A program made the position numbers and the translations under genes. From an uncultured Planctomycetales bacterium (lineage in GTDB: Bacteria > Omnitrophota > Gorgyraeia > Zapsychrales > JANLHA01), in assembly GCA_964474085.1 (NCBI GenBank), contig CAYYRJ010000002.1, positions 6,110 to 70,109 on the forward strand: DNA of 64,000 bases, written 5' to 3'. Positions 9,111 through 17,814 of the stretch are shown piece after piece (the first letter of the stretch is position 1; every line of letters starts with the position of its first letter). The notes below the pieces were generated by a model. It had not been told where the DNA came from and searched no databases. It worked only from the letters and a program-made list of their open reading frames with translations.

Positions 9111-12100
9111 ATGAATACAAAACATAAAAATTTATTTCGCAAAGGCGTTAGCACCCTGATTCTGCTGTGTTTTTTAAGCGGACAGGTCTTTTCGCCGTCG
9201 ATTGTTTCGGCACAAAGTGTCCTTAATCTGCCCATGCCCGGAGCGATGGTCGGCATCAGCCCCAGCTACGTTCCAATTGCCATTAAAGGCCTCAAAGTTT
9301 ATCCTGATAATCCTTTTCGTTTTGACTTTATCCTCGACACCGGCAACTCCCGACTTGAAGGCCAGAAACTCCAAAACGAAACTAATCTTTTAATCAAATA
9401 CTTCCTCGCCGCATTAACTGTTCCCGATGACGATCAATGGGTCAATCTTTCGCCTTATGAAAAAGACCGCGTGATCCCTAAAGAATTTGGGGTGACCGAA
9501 ATGGGCCGCGATTTGTTGGCCCAGGATTATCTGCTTAAGCAATTGACCGCATCATTGATTTATCCGGAACATGAATTAGGCAAGAAATTCTGGGACCGGG
9601 TAAATCAGAAGGCTTATGAAAAGTACGGCGACACAAAGGTCCCGATGAGCACATTCAATAAAGTGTGGATCATGCCCGACCATGCCAAGGTTTATGAAAG
9701 CGGGAGTGTCGCTTTTATCACCGAGAGTCATTTGAAGGTGATGTTGGAAAGTGATTATGTAGCATTGGCTACCCAGCAAATGTCATCCCCGCATGCTTTA
9801 AGCGGGGATCCATTATTAAAAATGGATTCCCGCTTCCGCGGGAATGACAAAGGAGAGCAAACAAACGCATTAGGTTCCCAAATCCTTCGCGAAATCGTCC
9901 TGCCGGAGATCGAAAAAGAAATCAATGAAGGCAAGAATTTTACCAAGCTGCGTCAAATTTATCATTCCATGATCATGGCTGCGTGGTTTAAGCGCAAACT
10001 ACAAGGAGGAATGCTGAGCAAGATTTATGTTGGTGCTAATAAAGTGGCGGGCGTCGATGTTGAAGACAAAGACGTTAAACAAAAAATTTACGACCAGTAT
10101 ATCGTTGCGTTCAAGAGGGGTGTTTATAACTATATCAAAGAAGAAATCGACCCCGTCACTCAAGAAAACACACCACGCAAATATTTTTCCGGCGGGGTCG
10201 TGGCAGGGAAAGCCGTGGCGTATACAACGGTCATTGAAATCGCAAGTTCACCACAGCAATTAAACACCGTTGTCGCTAGCAGCACCACTGGCAATTTAAT
10301 TACGGCTTTTTCGACGTTGGAGCCAACATCCGCTTCCAGTTCTTTGGATGATAAGCGTATCAAAAGAATGCTGGAACTTTCCAAGAGTAAAGATTCTTGG
10401 GACTGGGTTTCTGACGAGTGGGAAATTAGCGAACTCATCTACTCCCCAGGAGGGATTCAGAAGTCCGGTATAATTGGTTCCAACCGGCAACCGATTGCAA
10501 CTGACGAATTCGGAAATCGTCCACACTGGGTTTATATCCTTTACAATTCGCAAACTGACAAAACCGTCTATGTCGGACCCGATGATGTCAAAGCCCTTTT
10601 TGGGAAACGTGATCGATTGGAAACTATCGATCAACTGCGCGCGGAAAAAGAAGCGGAAATTAAGGCCAACAGTGCACGGGTAAAGATAATCGCTGCGCTT
10701 CGACAGCTCTTTGGCGAAACAGAGGGCACAAAGCAACTAGTGTCCGAATTGGCCGGTGATATTGAAAAACCCGGCGATCGCCATATCGAGCTTATTGAAT
10801 CCTCAGAGCAAGAATACGAAGAAATCTGGAAGAATTTTCAATTGCCGGATGTAGCGCTCCAGAGATTCCTAGAAATATTTTATGATGTAAGCAAAGCCGC
10901 CAAAGAGGCCAAAAGATGGGAAAAACTGATTTACCTGTCCGTAGATGACCAAAAGCAGGTTTCCAAAGTGCTCGCCGGCATTAAAGATGGAAAAACTTTG
11001 ACAATTGAGGATATCCGTTTATTGATCAAAGTCCACAAAGTTATCTTGGATTTAAAAAACAGTCTCAAAAAAGAAGCCTTAGTTTGGGCCAGGCGCGGAA
11101 CACAGAAATCTGACGAGCATGTCAATCCAAGGCGGCCCGCTTATCAAGCCAATATTTGGGTCGCATCCTGGCTGGCCGCTGCGAGTCTGACTCATCCACT
11201 AATTTTAGACGTGGGAGCAAATTCAAGCGTCCTGTGGTCAACATTAAAAGGCTTTTCCCCGGAGTTGGCAGATGATGTTGTTGACCTCGAATACGATAAA
11301 GATATTTATGAAGTTGCTCCGAATCCCTTAAAAATTCGCGCTGATATCAGCCGCCTCACGGATGGGATCGAGAGTTCCGATGAAACAACCAAAGAACTGA
11401 TTACAACGCCTCACAGCTTCGATATTCTAACTGTTAACTTTGTTTTAGACCAGCTTGAACCCGCCGATGTCCGAGGCGCTTTAATCGCTTTTGAACATTT
11501 GCTTAAATTGGCTTCCGATCATCCGCGGCTAATTATTTCCATGCCTAAGGGGTCGCCGTTAAAAGGTTCTCGTTTTCATGCCGTTTTGCAAAGACTTGGC
11601 TATAAAACCATTGTTGAAGGCGCGAATTTGAGCAATCAGTTAACAACTGCTGCCAAAGAAAGAATCAGCCAAGAAACAGGAGGCAATGAATATTTGCGCA
11701 CGATTGAAGCGACCTTGACCGAAAAAGTTTTTCACGTTGGGGTTTATGAAAAAACCAGAGACGTTGCCGCTAGCGAATTTGATCAGATCGATCTTTCGGA
11801 TCTTGAAATCCGTAACGGCGACAGCAGGCAATCAAACGGTAACGGAAACGGTAACGGTTTTGATTACCGCTTTACGCCTGACACAGTTGATCTTAACGAT
11901 CTATTTGCCTCGCTCAAGCCGGAAGATTTTCTAACTAAATCCGTAGAAATTGTGACGCTAAATGAATTAAGCACAAACCCACAGTATGCGGCGTTCTATA
12001 AAAATTTAGATGTCTTATTATGGCTCAAGGATATGATTACGAATAGGCCTCAAGTTTTAGAAGCCATCCCACAATTGCGCACCTTAAAGCGCAGTTGGGA

Positions 12101-13904
12101 ATCCGCCGCCAGGGCCAAGGCTTCGATGGATGAAGGAGCTGCTTTTATCCAGGCGGATTTTGTCCGGGATATCATGTGGGCGATGGACAGAACAATATTG
12201 GTTTTAGATCAGGTCGCAGCTATGTCGCCGGATGTCTTTGAACACTTAACCCGCCAAAGAGAAGAGGTTAAAACAGCATGGGATTTTGATAACCGGTTTA
12301 ACGTCGATTTTGACCAAGCCCGGCAGGCGTTCATAAGAAATCTAGAAAAACAGAAATATTCCCTTGAGAACATCTACGACATATACCAGATAATTTACGC
12401 CGAAGCTCTTGGACTTGTAGCTGCCCTTGAACAACCTAAAGCTGTTGTAGAGAATAAGCCATATCAAAAACCGGCTAACCCAAAATTCCTCAATGAGGCT
12501 CTCGGTATTAAAAGTTATGCTGACCCCAAAATTGAGGAACAAATAAAACAAACGGCCGCCCGACTCAAAGAACAAAACGGACGGATGGGAACAGTCAGCG
12601 AGATCGCAAAAGCAATGGACGTCGATGTCCTTTTGCTAAATATGCATCTTAAATTCTTTTATCGCAACGATACTCAATATGTAGCATCATTGAATAATTT
12701 AGGGATGGAGCCGGATGACATTCCTTCAAATAAAATGGCACGACGCAAACTTGTGAGTGAAACAGCGATAAGAATTCTTGAAAAATATGGTTATCTTCCC
12801 ACACCGAAAATGGTTGAACGCGTTCTTGGGTTACGGAATGGAACGCTCAACCGATGGCGAACCAAGGGAGGAATGTTGGAGGAACAAGAAGACTGGGGGA
12901 CATTAGGTCTTTTTGCTTACTATGATCGCACTGATTTCGACTACCACACCATCCCCATCGAATCCCGGCTTGCCGCCGTGCGATATTTAGCCAATATAAT
13001 CCGCACCGATCCAAATCCAAAGCCGCTCATTAAACTATTTTTTGATTATTATCATATCCCACTTCATTCAGCAGCTAGGCTTATGAAATCATTATTTGAA
13101 GACGGTTATACCCTTGATGCGCTGGGGATCGACCCAAAGTTCTATAATCATGCTGAATACTTTAAGCCGCAAAACGCTGCATATACGCTACGCATTTTTC
13201 ATAATAAAGATTACCCTGTCGATAAAAGAGAGCAGGCCATAAAGACAATTATTGGAAACTTGGAAAACCGCGGGATTAAGCCGACCTACAGCGCCGTTCT
13301 AAAAGAAATGAATCTTGATATACCGAATTTCTTGAAATTTATTGCTCCTATTCTTCCAGCGGGAGATAGTTATTATGTAAAATTCGGTATCGAAAATGGT
13401 AGCGTCCCCACAGGTTATGACGAGGCGGCTTATCAAAGACTAGAAAAAACTGTGTCTGCCCTGAACTCCCAAAATATTCCGCTAACATGGCCTAATGTTA
13501 AAAAATGGGTTTTTGAGCATTACCCCGCTACTGAGCTGCACGACGGCTGGCTGCCCGGGCCTATCCGACACGATGAGACCGCAAAAAGAAAGGACGCGCT
13601 GGGAATTGCCGACGGTGAACAAATACCGATCGCCAGTTCCAGTTTAAGTCAAGCAGAAATATCACCTGCGACAAAAACCAGAATGGAAAACAATCTCGGC
13701 GGTATCGACATGAATTCAAAGGCTTTAGATTTGCAAACAGAAGGAGAAGGGATCAAGTTCGACATGCCGTTTGACCCGACACAGTTACAAAACATCAAAA
13801 TCGAAGGTTTCACACCGGTGATTTTACGTATCCTTCCAACCAATTTGCCGCTATTACGCGATCTTAAAGAAAATAAAAAAGAAATAGAAGTTAGTAGCTT
13901 ATAA
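9111..13904 (+). CDS. giant secreted protein 1 (about 1597 aa) with conserved N-module and C-module shared with giants 2 and 3; contains methyltransferase-like segment and GNGNGNG repeat
   Basis: Signal-peptide-like start MNTKHKNLFRKGVSTLILLCFLSGQVFSPSIVSAQS; N-module YFLAALTVPDDDQWVNLSPYEKDRVIPKEFGVTEMGRDLLAQDYLLKQLTASL...VWIMPDHAKVYESG shared with ORFs at 55413 and 58661; the 23 codons upstream of 9111 in the tracker ORF are repeat translation (CHPRESGDP). Confidence 0.8.
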   Translation: MNTKHKNLFRKGVSTLILLCFLSGQVFSPSIVSAQSVLNLPMPGAMVGISPSYVPIAIKGLKVYPDNPFRFDFILDTGNSRLEGQKLQNETNLLIKYFLAALTVPDDDQWVNLSPYEKDRVIPKEFGVTEMGRDLLAQDYLLKQLTASLIYPEHELGKKFWDRVNQKAYEKYGDTKVPMSTFNKVWIMPDHAKVYESGSVAFITESHLKVMLESDYVALATQQMSSPHALSGDPLLKMDSRFRGNDKGEQTNALGSQILREIVLPEIEKEINEGKNFTKLRQIYHSMIMAAWFKRKLQGGMLSKIYVGANKVAGVDVEDKDVKQKIYDQYIVAFKRGVYNYIKEEIDPVTQENTPRKYFSGGVVAGKAVAYTTVIEIASSPQQLNTVVASSTTGNLITAFSTLEPTSASSSLDDKRIKRMLELSKSKDSWDWVSDEWEISELIYSPGGIQKSGIIGSNRQPIATDEFGNRPHWVYILYNSQTDKTVYVGPDDVKALFGKRDRLETIDQLRAEKEAEIKANSARVKIIAALRQLFGETEGTKQLVSELAGDIEKPGDRHIELIESSEQEYEEIWKNFQLPDVALQRFLEIFYDVSKAAKEAKRWEKLIYLSVDDQKQVSKVLAGIKDGKTLTIEDIRLLIKVHKVILDLKNSLKKEALVWARRGTQKSDEHVNPRRPAYQANIWVASWLAAASLTHPLILDVGANSSVLWSTLKGFSPELADDVVDLEYDKDIYEVAPNPLKIRADISRLTDGIESSDETTKELITTPHSFDILTVNFVLDQLEPADVRGALIAFEHLLKLASDHPRLIISMPKGSPLKGSRFHAVLQRLGYKTIVEGANLSNQLTTAAKERISQETGGNEYLRTIEATLTEKVFHVGVYEKTRDVAASEFDQIDLSDLEIRNGDSRQSNGNGNGNGFDYRFTPDTVDLNDLFASLKPEDFLTKSVEIVTLNELSTNPQYAAFYKNLDVLLWLKDMITNRPQVLEAIPQLRTLKRSWESAARAKASMDEGAAFIQADFVRDIMWAMDRTILVLDQVAAMSPDVFEHLTRQREEVKTAWDFDNRFNVDFDQARQAFIRNLEKQKYSLENIYDIYQIIYAEALGLVAALEQPKAVVENKPYQKPANPKFLNEALGIKSYADPKIEEQIKQTAARLKEQNGRMGTVSEIAKAMDVDVLLLNMHLKFFYRNDTQYVASLNNLGMEPDDIPSNKMARRKLVSETAIRILEKYGYLPTPKMVERVLGLRNGTLNRWRTKGGMLEEQEDWGTLGLFAYYDRTDFDYHTIPIESRLAAVRYLANIIRTDPNPKPLIKLFFDYYHIPLHSAARLMKSLFEDGYTLDALGIDPKFYNHAEYFKPQNAAYTLRIFHNKDYPVDKREQAIKTIIGNLENRGIKPTYSAVLKEMNLDIPNFLKFIAPILPAGDSYYVKFGIENGSVPTGYDEAAYQRLEKTVSALNSQNIPLTWPNVKKWVFEHYPATELHDGWLPGPIRHDETAKRKDALGIADGEQIPIASSSLSQAEISPATKTRMENNLGGIDMNSKALDLQTEGEGIKFDMPFDPTQLQNIKIEGFTPVILRILPTNLPLLRDLKENKKEIEVSSL
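9781..9849 (+). repeat. 69-bp composite palindromic element inserted in-frame in giant gene 1
   Basis: TGTCATCCCCGC-atgctttaa-GCGGGGATCCA ttattaaaaa TGGATTCCCGC-ttcc-GCGGGAATGACA; translated in frame as MSSPHALSGDPLLKMDSRFRGND; 69 nt = 23 codons, no stop. Confidence 0.7.
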
Positions 13905-13954
13905 TCGTTTTGATGTTGTTCTCTAACCCACAGCATTTATAGGAGAATTTAAAG

Positions 13955-14344
13955 TTGCGACCCTTTAACATTATTGGATATGTGCTTTTAGCCATCGCAA
14001 TGCTTCTGGTTTCATTTGCATTATATTTTTATCTCACAGAAAGGATCATGCCCGATCCAGAGGGATTCGGTTTGGTGTTTACGATCTTTTGTTTACCGCC
14101 CGGATTTATATTCTTGATCGTGGGGTTATGCTTGATTCCGAACAAAGCTATGTTTCTTAAGTTGTTTGGCGTTGGATTTTTATTGTTCTCGGCATTTTAT
14201 TATTCAGAAGTTTACTTGTCAGCGCAATTGCCACCGAGAAACGATGTTCTTTATTTAAGCACCGAATTTATTAACCCGTTGTTAGGGCTAATCCTTTTGG
14301 GATTAGGTTTTAAATTTGAGCACAAGCAATACGATTCAAACTAA
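13955..14344 (+). CDS. small integral membrane protein, hypothetical (TTG start)
   Basis: 129 aa, four hydrophobic helices; AGGAGAA RBS 7 nt before TTG. Confidence 0.45.
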   Translation: MRPFNIIGYVLLAIAMLLVSFALYFYLTERIMPDPEGFGLVFTIFCLPPGFIFLIVGLCLIPNKAMFLKLFGVGFLLFSAFYYSEVYLSAQLPPRNDVLYLSTEFINPLLGLILLGLGFKFEHKQYDSN

Positions 14345-14389
14345 GTGCAACCAAGCAGTTGAGAGTAAAATACCGGAATTTAAAGAAAA

Positions 14390-14418
14390 TTGACAATCAT
14401 TTCCAAATCAGGTATGCT
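14390..14418 (+). promoter_or_regulatory. sigma70-like promoter TTGACA-17nt-TATGCT for toxin-antitoxin operon, with overlapping ATGCTT..AAGCAT inverted repeat
   Basis: ttgacaatcatttccaaatcaggtatgct at 14390-14418; downstream tatgctttaagcaaaagtaagcat inverted repeat is a candidate autoregulatory operator. Confidence 0.5.
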
Positions 14419-14465
14419 TTAAGCAAAAGTAAGCATGTAAGGAAATAGGAAAAATGGAGGTTGTC

Positions 14466-14729
14466 ATGACGATATTAGAAACTGCAAAAATCACCACCAA
14501 GGGGCAAATCACGATCCCCAATCGTATCCGCAAATTGTTGCACCTCAAAGAAGGCTCTGCGGTTGCTTTTGGCGTCAGCAAAGAGGGTGTTCTTCTTCTT
14601 CCTTGCGAGGTTAATGCCAAATCCCCGTATACCACTAAAGAGTGGACCAAAATCGAGAAGCTCGCCGCAGAGAAGGGTAAAACACATCAAACAACCGCCG
14701 CCGCAAAAGCCCATATTCATAGCTTATGA
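14466..14729 (+). CDS. AbrB/MazE/SpoVT-family antitoxin
   Basis: MTILETAKITTKGQITIPNRIRKLLHLKEGSAVAF swapped-hairpin AbrB motif; GGAGG 5 nt upstream of ATG 14466 (tracker start 14454 also possible); stop overlaps toxin start (ATGA). Confidence 0.75.
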   Translation: MTILETAKITTKGQITIPNRIRKLLHLKEGSAVAFGVSKEGVLLLPCEVNAKSPYTTKEWTKIEKLAAEKGKTHQTTAAAKAHIHSL

Positions 14730-15004
14730 GATTTGAATTTAAGCCTTCCTTTGATCGGTCTGTTAAGAGATTTCATGGCCCCGAGAAAGAAGAAATCAAA
14801 ACAGTGGCTGTCCAGCTAATCAATATGCTTTCTCAAGATCGGGAGATTTATAAGGGAATTGGATTAAAGCGGCTTAAAGGCAATTTTTGGGAAGTCCGCA
14901 AGGGTCTAAAAACAAGAATCTTGTTCCGTTGGGAAGGCGACCTCGTCGAGTTCATTCTTGCTGGGAATCACGACGATGTTAAAAAATTTCTTAAGAGCAG
15001 TTAG
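14726..15004 (+). CDS. RelE/ParE-family type II toxin
   Basis: 92 aa; KGNFWEVRKGLKTRILFRWEGDLVEFILAGNHDDV matches RelE/ParE core (WExRxxxxxRIxF...GxHD); translationally coupled to upstream antitoxin. Confidence 0.7.
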   Translation: MRFEFKPSFDRSVKRFHGPEKEEIKTVAVQLINMLSQDREIYKGIGLKRLKGNFWEVRKGLKTRILFRWEGDLVEFILAGNHDDVKKFLKSS

Positions 15005-15096
15005 CTTGTGGCCTTGTTGGCGCAACGGGTTTAAGCTCAAAGGGAGCTTACGAGACTTCTAAAATTAGGACATTTTTAATTTGGTTGGACAAGAAC

Positions 15097-15165
15097 AAAA
15101 TTCGTGCTTTACATCCGACGCTAAGTTTGGTATAAATACGAAGCTTTTGGCGTGCTGGCGCACTG
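15097..15165 (+). promoter_or_regulatory. promoter module copy 2 (TTTACA-17nt-TATAAAT) driving the tRNA operon
   Basis: -35 TTTACA 15111-15116, 17-nt spacer, -10 TATAAA 15134-15139; near-identical to 8798-8845. Confidence 0.55.
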
Positions 15166-15460
15166 TTTTCTCTAGAGCAAAAGGAGGGAAACAGTACTGG
15201 CAGATCTTTCTGAATGTAGAACTGATAGAAATAATGGTAATCTGCTGGCGTCCCTAAAAAAGGGACTGGAAATTTTTAAATTGCTGGCGCCCTGCTTTTT
15301 CCATAAAAAATTCTTAAAGAAAGCAGGACTGGCAAGCCATTCTAAAGATAAATTTTGTAATTTCAGTGGAAGCTTGCTGGCGTAGCTCAGTCCCGCTACG
15401 CGGGACAAAAACGCTTTAAGCAAAAATTTCCAAGGTAGCAACATTTTCTTTGAAGCAAAA
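15154..15460 (+). repeat. cluster of CTGGCG-hairpin-CTGGCA leader repeats plus a truncated tRNA-Thr 5' fragment
   Basis: units at 15154-15203, 15244-15269, 15283-15338 each begin (T)GCTGGCG, contain an internal inverted repeat and end ACTGGCA/G; 15376-15406 GCTGGCGTAGCTCAGTCCCGCTACGCGGGAC = first 15 nt of tRNA-Thr then a hairpin. Confidence 0.5.
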
Positions 15461-15465
15461 CGTGT

Positions 15466-15538
15466 GCTGGCGTAGCTCAGTTGGTAGAGCAACTGATTTG
15501 TAATCAGTAGGCCGGGGGTTCAATTCCTCTCGCCAGCT
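15466..15538 (+). tRNA. tRNA-Thr (anticodon UGU)
   Basis: 73 nt; acceptor GCTGGCG/CGCCAGC, D-arm GCTC-AGTTGGTA-GAGC, anticodon arm ACTGA-TTTGTAA-TCAGT, T-loop TTCAATT; no encoded CCA. Confidence 0.85.
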
Positions 15539-15592
15539 TAAAGTTAAATTTCAATCTTTCTCAAGTAGGACTGGTAATTTTGATGTAATTAT

Positions 15593-15674
15593 GGGCAGAT
15601 ACCCAAGTGGTCAACGGGGGCAGACTGTAAATCTGCTGGCTTTGCCTTCGTAGGTTCGAATCCTGCTCTGCCCA
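15593..15674 (+). tRNA. tRNA-Tyr (anticodon GUA), long variable arm
   Basis: 82 nt; acceptor GGGCAGA/TCTGCCC, anticodon arm GCAGA-CTGTAAA-TCTGC, variable arm TGGCTTTGCCTTCG, T-arm AGG-TTCGAAT-CCT; close to E. coli tyrU architecture. Confidence 0.85.
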
Positions 15675-15690
15675 TTTTGTCTTCGCGGGA

Positions 15691-15770
15691 GTCCCCAAAA
15701 GGGGACTGGCGATTTTTCTGAAATTAATAAATGAAATCGCTGGCGTAGTTCAGTCCCGAAAACGGAACAC
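15691..15770 (+). repeat. post-tRNA-Tyr hairpin (GTCCCC-aaaa-GGGGAC-TGGCG-ttttt) and second truncated tRNA-Thr 5' fragment
   Basis: 15739-15768 GCTGGCGTAGTTCAGTCCCGAAAACGGAAC; the following 60-nt spacer (gcgctttgagcaaaag...ttaaagcaaaa) is homologous to the spacer preceding tRNA-Thr (15407-15465). Confidence 0.5.
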
Positions 15771-15827
15771 AAGCGCTTTGAGCAAAAGGTTCTAAGAAAC
15801 AAACCTTTACTTTAAAGCAAAATTTCT

Positions 15828-15898
15828 GCGGGAGTAGTTCAGTGGTAGAACGCTAGCCTTCCAAGCTGGTCACGAGGGTTCGATTCCCTTCTCCCGCT
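15828..15898 (+). tRNA. tRNA-Gly (anticodon UCC)
   Basis: 71 nt; acceptor GCGGGAG/CTCCCGC, anticodon arm CTAGC-CTTCCAA-GCTGG, T-loop TTCGATT. Confidence 0.85.
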
Positions 15899-15933
15899 TT
15901 AAATGTTCGCCTCCCAACATCTTTGACTTTTTC

Positions 15934-17772
15934 ATGAGCCTCGTCGCACAGCTAAAAAAACTTTCCCAAAACGATTGGTTGATCGGGCTGGGACTTTTTC
16001 TCATCTTCTTAGCGACCAACGGCTACACATACGCATGGGACGATCAGCATCTTGAAATTCCGCTTCTTAAAAGTCTCATCGACCCAACTCTCTTTGTCGG
16101 CGATTATTACGTCGAGGCGCTTAAAGCCAATTTCACGTCATTTCTTTTTCCACTGCTTGCCAAAATAATCACAACCGACCAAGTGCCAACGGCGTATTTC
16201 ATCCTGTATCTCTTAAGCCGTTTCTTTTTGTTTTTTTACGCCTACAAACTTTGGAAACGGATAACACGCAGCCGGCTTTCTGCATCACTTTGTGTTCTGT
16301 CTTTCTTTTTAGTTTTTCGCGTTGAAGAATTTCTGTATCGAACTTTTTCTCATCAAGAATTTGCCCTAGCCATCATCATGGCTGCGATATATTATTTTTA
16401 TAAAAACCGTTTTATGACCGCCGCAATTCTTTTTGGCGTTGCCGCAAATTTTCATGCACTTTACAGTTTTTTTCCATTCTGCTATATGTCACTTTATCTT
16501 CTTTGGAATGCAAGGGAGGCCCAAGGCAAAACACTTTTAAGATCGATCGGATTATTTGCTCTTTTTAGCAGCCCCTTTATCGTCTGGACCTTTAAACGCG
16601 TATTTTCACATCTCCCCGACGATCCGTCGATTTACCAAAACTGGATCGACTTATACAAAATCGCCTGCCCGCCGACTTTTCTTTTTGACAGTGAAACTTT
16701 AAATCACATCGCCCATAGCTTCCCGTCGTTTTTAAAAGGAACACAAGCCTTTTGGCCGGTCATCGCGATGCTCGCTGTTAACGGTGTTTACAATCCGTCC
16801 TTTCGAAAAGACCAAAAAGCTCATGCATTGATGATCGGCGCTATAATTTTTTTAGCCCTTAGTTTTGTCTTCTCTTATATTGTCCCCAGCCGTTTTTTCC
16901 TCGACCTTAACCTTTCGCGCAATATTCAATTTATGCAGTTTATTTTGATCGGATACACAACGGTTCTTGTTATAGATAAAATAAAAACAAGCTCTTTTGA
17001 AATTTCCGCTTTATTGATCTGTCTTTTTTCATTGATACGTTTTGGAAATTTTGTGGCGGCTCTAACATGTATGGCCATTTTCTTTCTTTTAAAAGAAAAC
17101 AATGGTCTGCCCAAAATGCTATCTTGGTTATTTTTTAGCTTATCGCTTATTGGAATTTATTTTGAGTTTAAGTACAATCATTTTAGCCATTGGGCGATTA
17201 TCACATTTTTTGTCATCTGCGGATTGGCGATAACCCTATTACTAGTAAATTTATTTTTAAAGAATCACCGTACAAAACTTCAAATAATTCTTATTCTTGT
17301 CCCATTTTTGCTTTTGACCGGTAACAATATTTACTACCATTATCTGCGTCTGCACGTCGAAACAAAAGGCCCGGGCTTTTGGCAGCTTCAGCGCAATTGG
17401 ATTGACATGCAAAATTTTGTCCGAGAACATACACCAAAAAATGCTTTGATCCTGACGCCCAATGATATGGAAATGGGCGGTTTTCGTATTTTTTCCGAGA
17501 GAAAAGTCTTGGTCTGTTACCGCGACTGCGGGGTTATTGGGTTTGACTACAAAGCGGCTCTCGAGTGGCAAAAACGCTTAAAAGACGTTGAGCATTTCAA
17601 GGTTTTTATCGATGGCGATATCAAACCTGCTCTGGTTAATGCGCTGACCAAATACAAAGTCAATTACATTGTTTTTATGCGTTATTTCAATCCCGGCAAA
17701 AACGCTATGCTTGACTCTGTTTACGAAAACGAAACTTTCACCCTGTATCGAGTCGTCGCAAATCCAATTTAA
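15934..17772 (+). CDS. polytopic integral membrane protein, hypothetical (possible GT-C-like)
   Basis: 612 aa, more than 12 hydrophobic helices and a C-terminal soluble domain; no recognisable catalytic motif by eye. Confidence 0.5.
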   Translation: MSLVAQLKKLSQNDWLIGLGLFLIFLATNGYTYAWDDQHLEIPLLKSLIDPTLFVGDYYVEALKANFTSFLFPLLAKIITTDQVPTAYFILYLLSRFFLFFYAYKLWKRITRSRLSASLCVLSFFLVFRVEEFLYRTFSHQEFALAIIMAAIYYFYKNRFMTAAILFGVAANFHALYSFFPFCYMSLYLLWNAREAQGKTLLRSIGLFALFSSPFIVWTFKRVFSHLPDDPSIYQNWIDLYKIACPPTFLFDSETLNHIAHSFPSFLKGTQAFWPVIAMLAVNGVYNPSFRKDQKAHALMIGAIIFLALSFVFSYIVPSRFFLDLNLSRNIQFMQFILIGYTTVLVIDKIKTSSFEISALLICLFSLIRFGNFVAALTCMAIFFLLKENNGLPKMLSWLFFSLSLIGIYFEFKYNHFSHWAIITFFVICGLAITLLLVNLFLKNHRTKLQIILILVPFLLLTGNNIYYHYLRLHVETKGPGFWQLQRNWIDMQNFVREHTPKNALILTPNDMEMGGFRIFSERKVLVCYRDCGVIGFDYKAALEWQKRLKDVEHFKVFIDGDIKPALVNALTKYKVNYIVFMRYFNPGKNAMLDSVYENETFTLYRVVANPI

Positions 17773-17814
17773 TACAACCTTGCAACTTGTCTTTGTTTCA
17801 TTATAATAAGCCCC

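Noticed and set aside
15154-15800. Possible CRISPR array suggested by recurring GCTGGCG units
   Set aside because: Repeat units are not identical, spacing is irregular (40-95 nt), and units contain internal hairpins plus tRNA-derived sequence. No cas genes nearby. Interpreted as tRNA-leader repeats.
15172-15802. Minus-strand ORFs 15172-15492 (106 aa) and 15611-15802 (63 aa) from the six-frame track
   Set aside because: They lie antisense across the tRNA-Thr, Tyr and Gly genes and their repeat-laden leaders. The translations are low complexity (L/S/K-rich) with no start context, so they are artefacts of the tRNA region.
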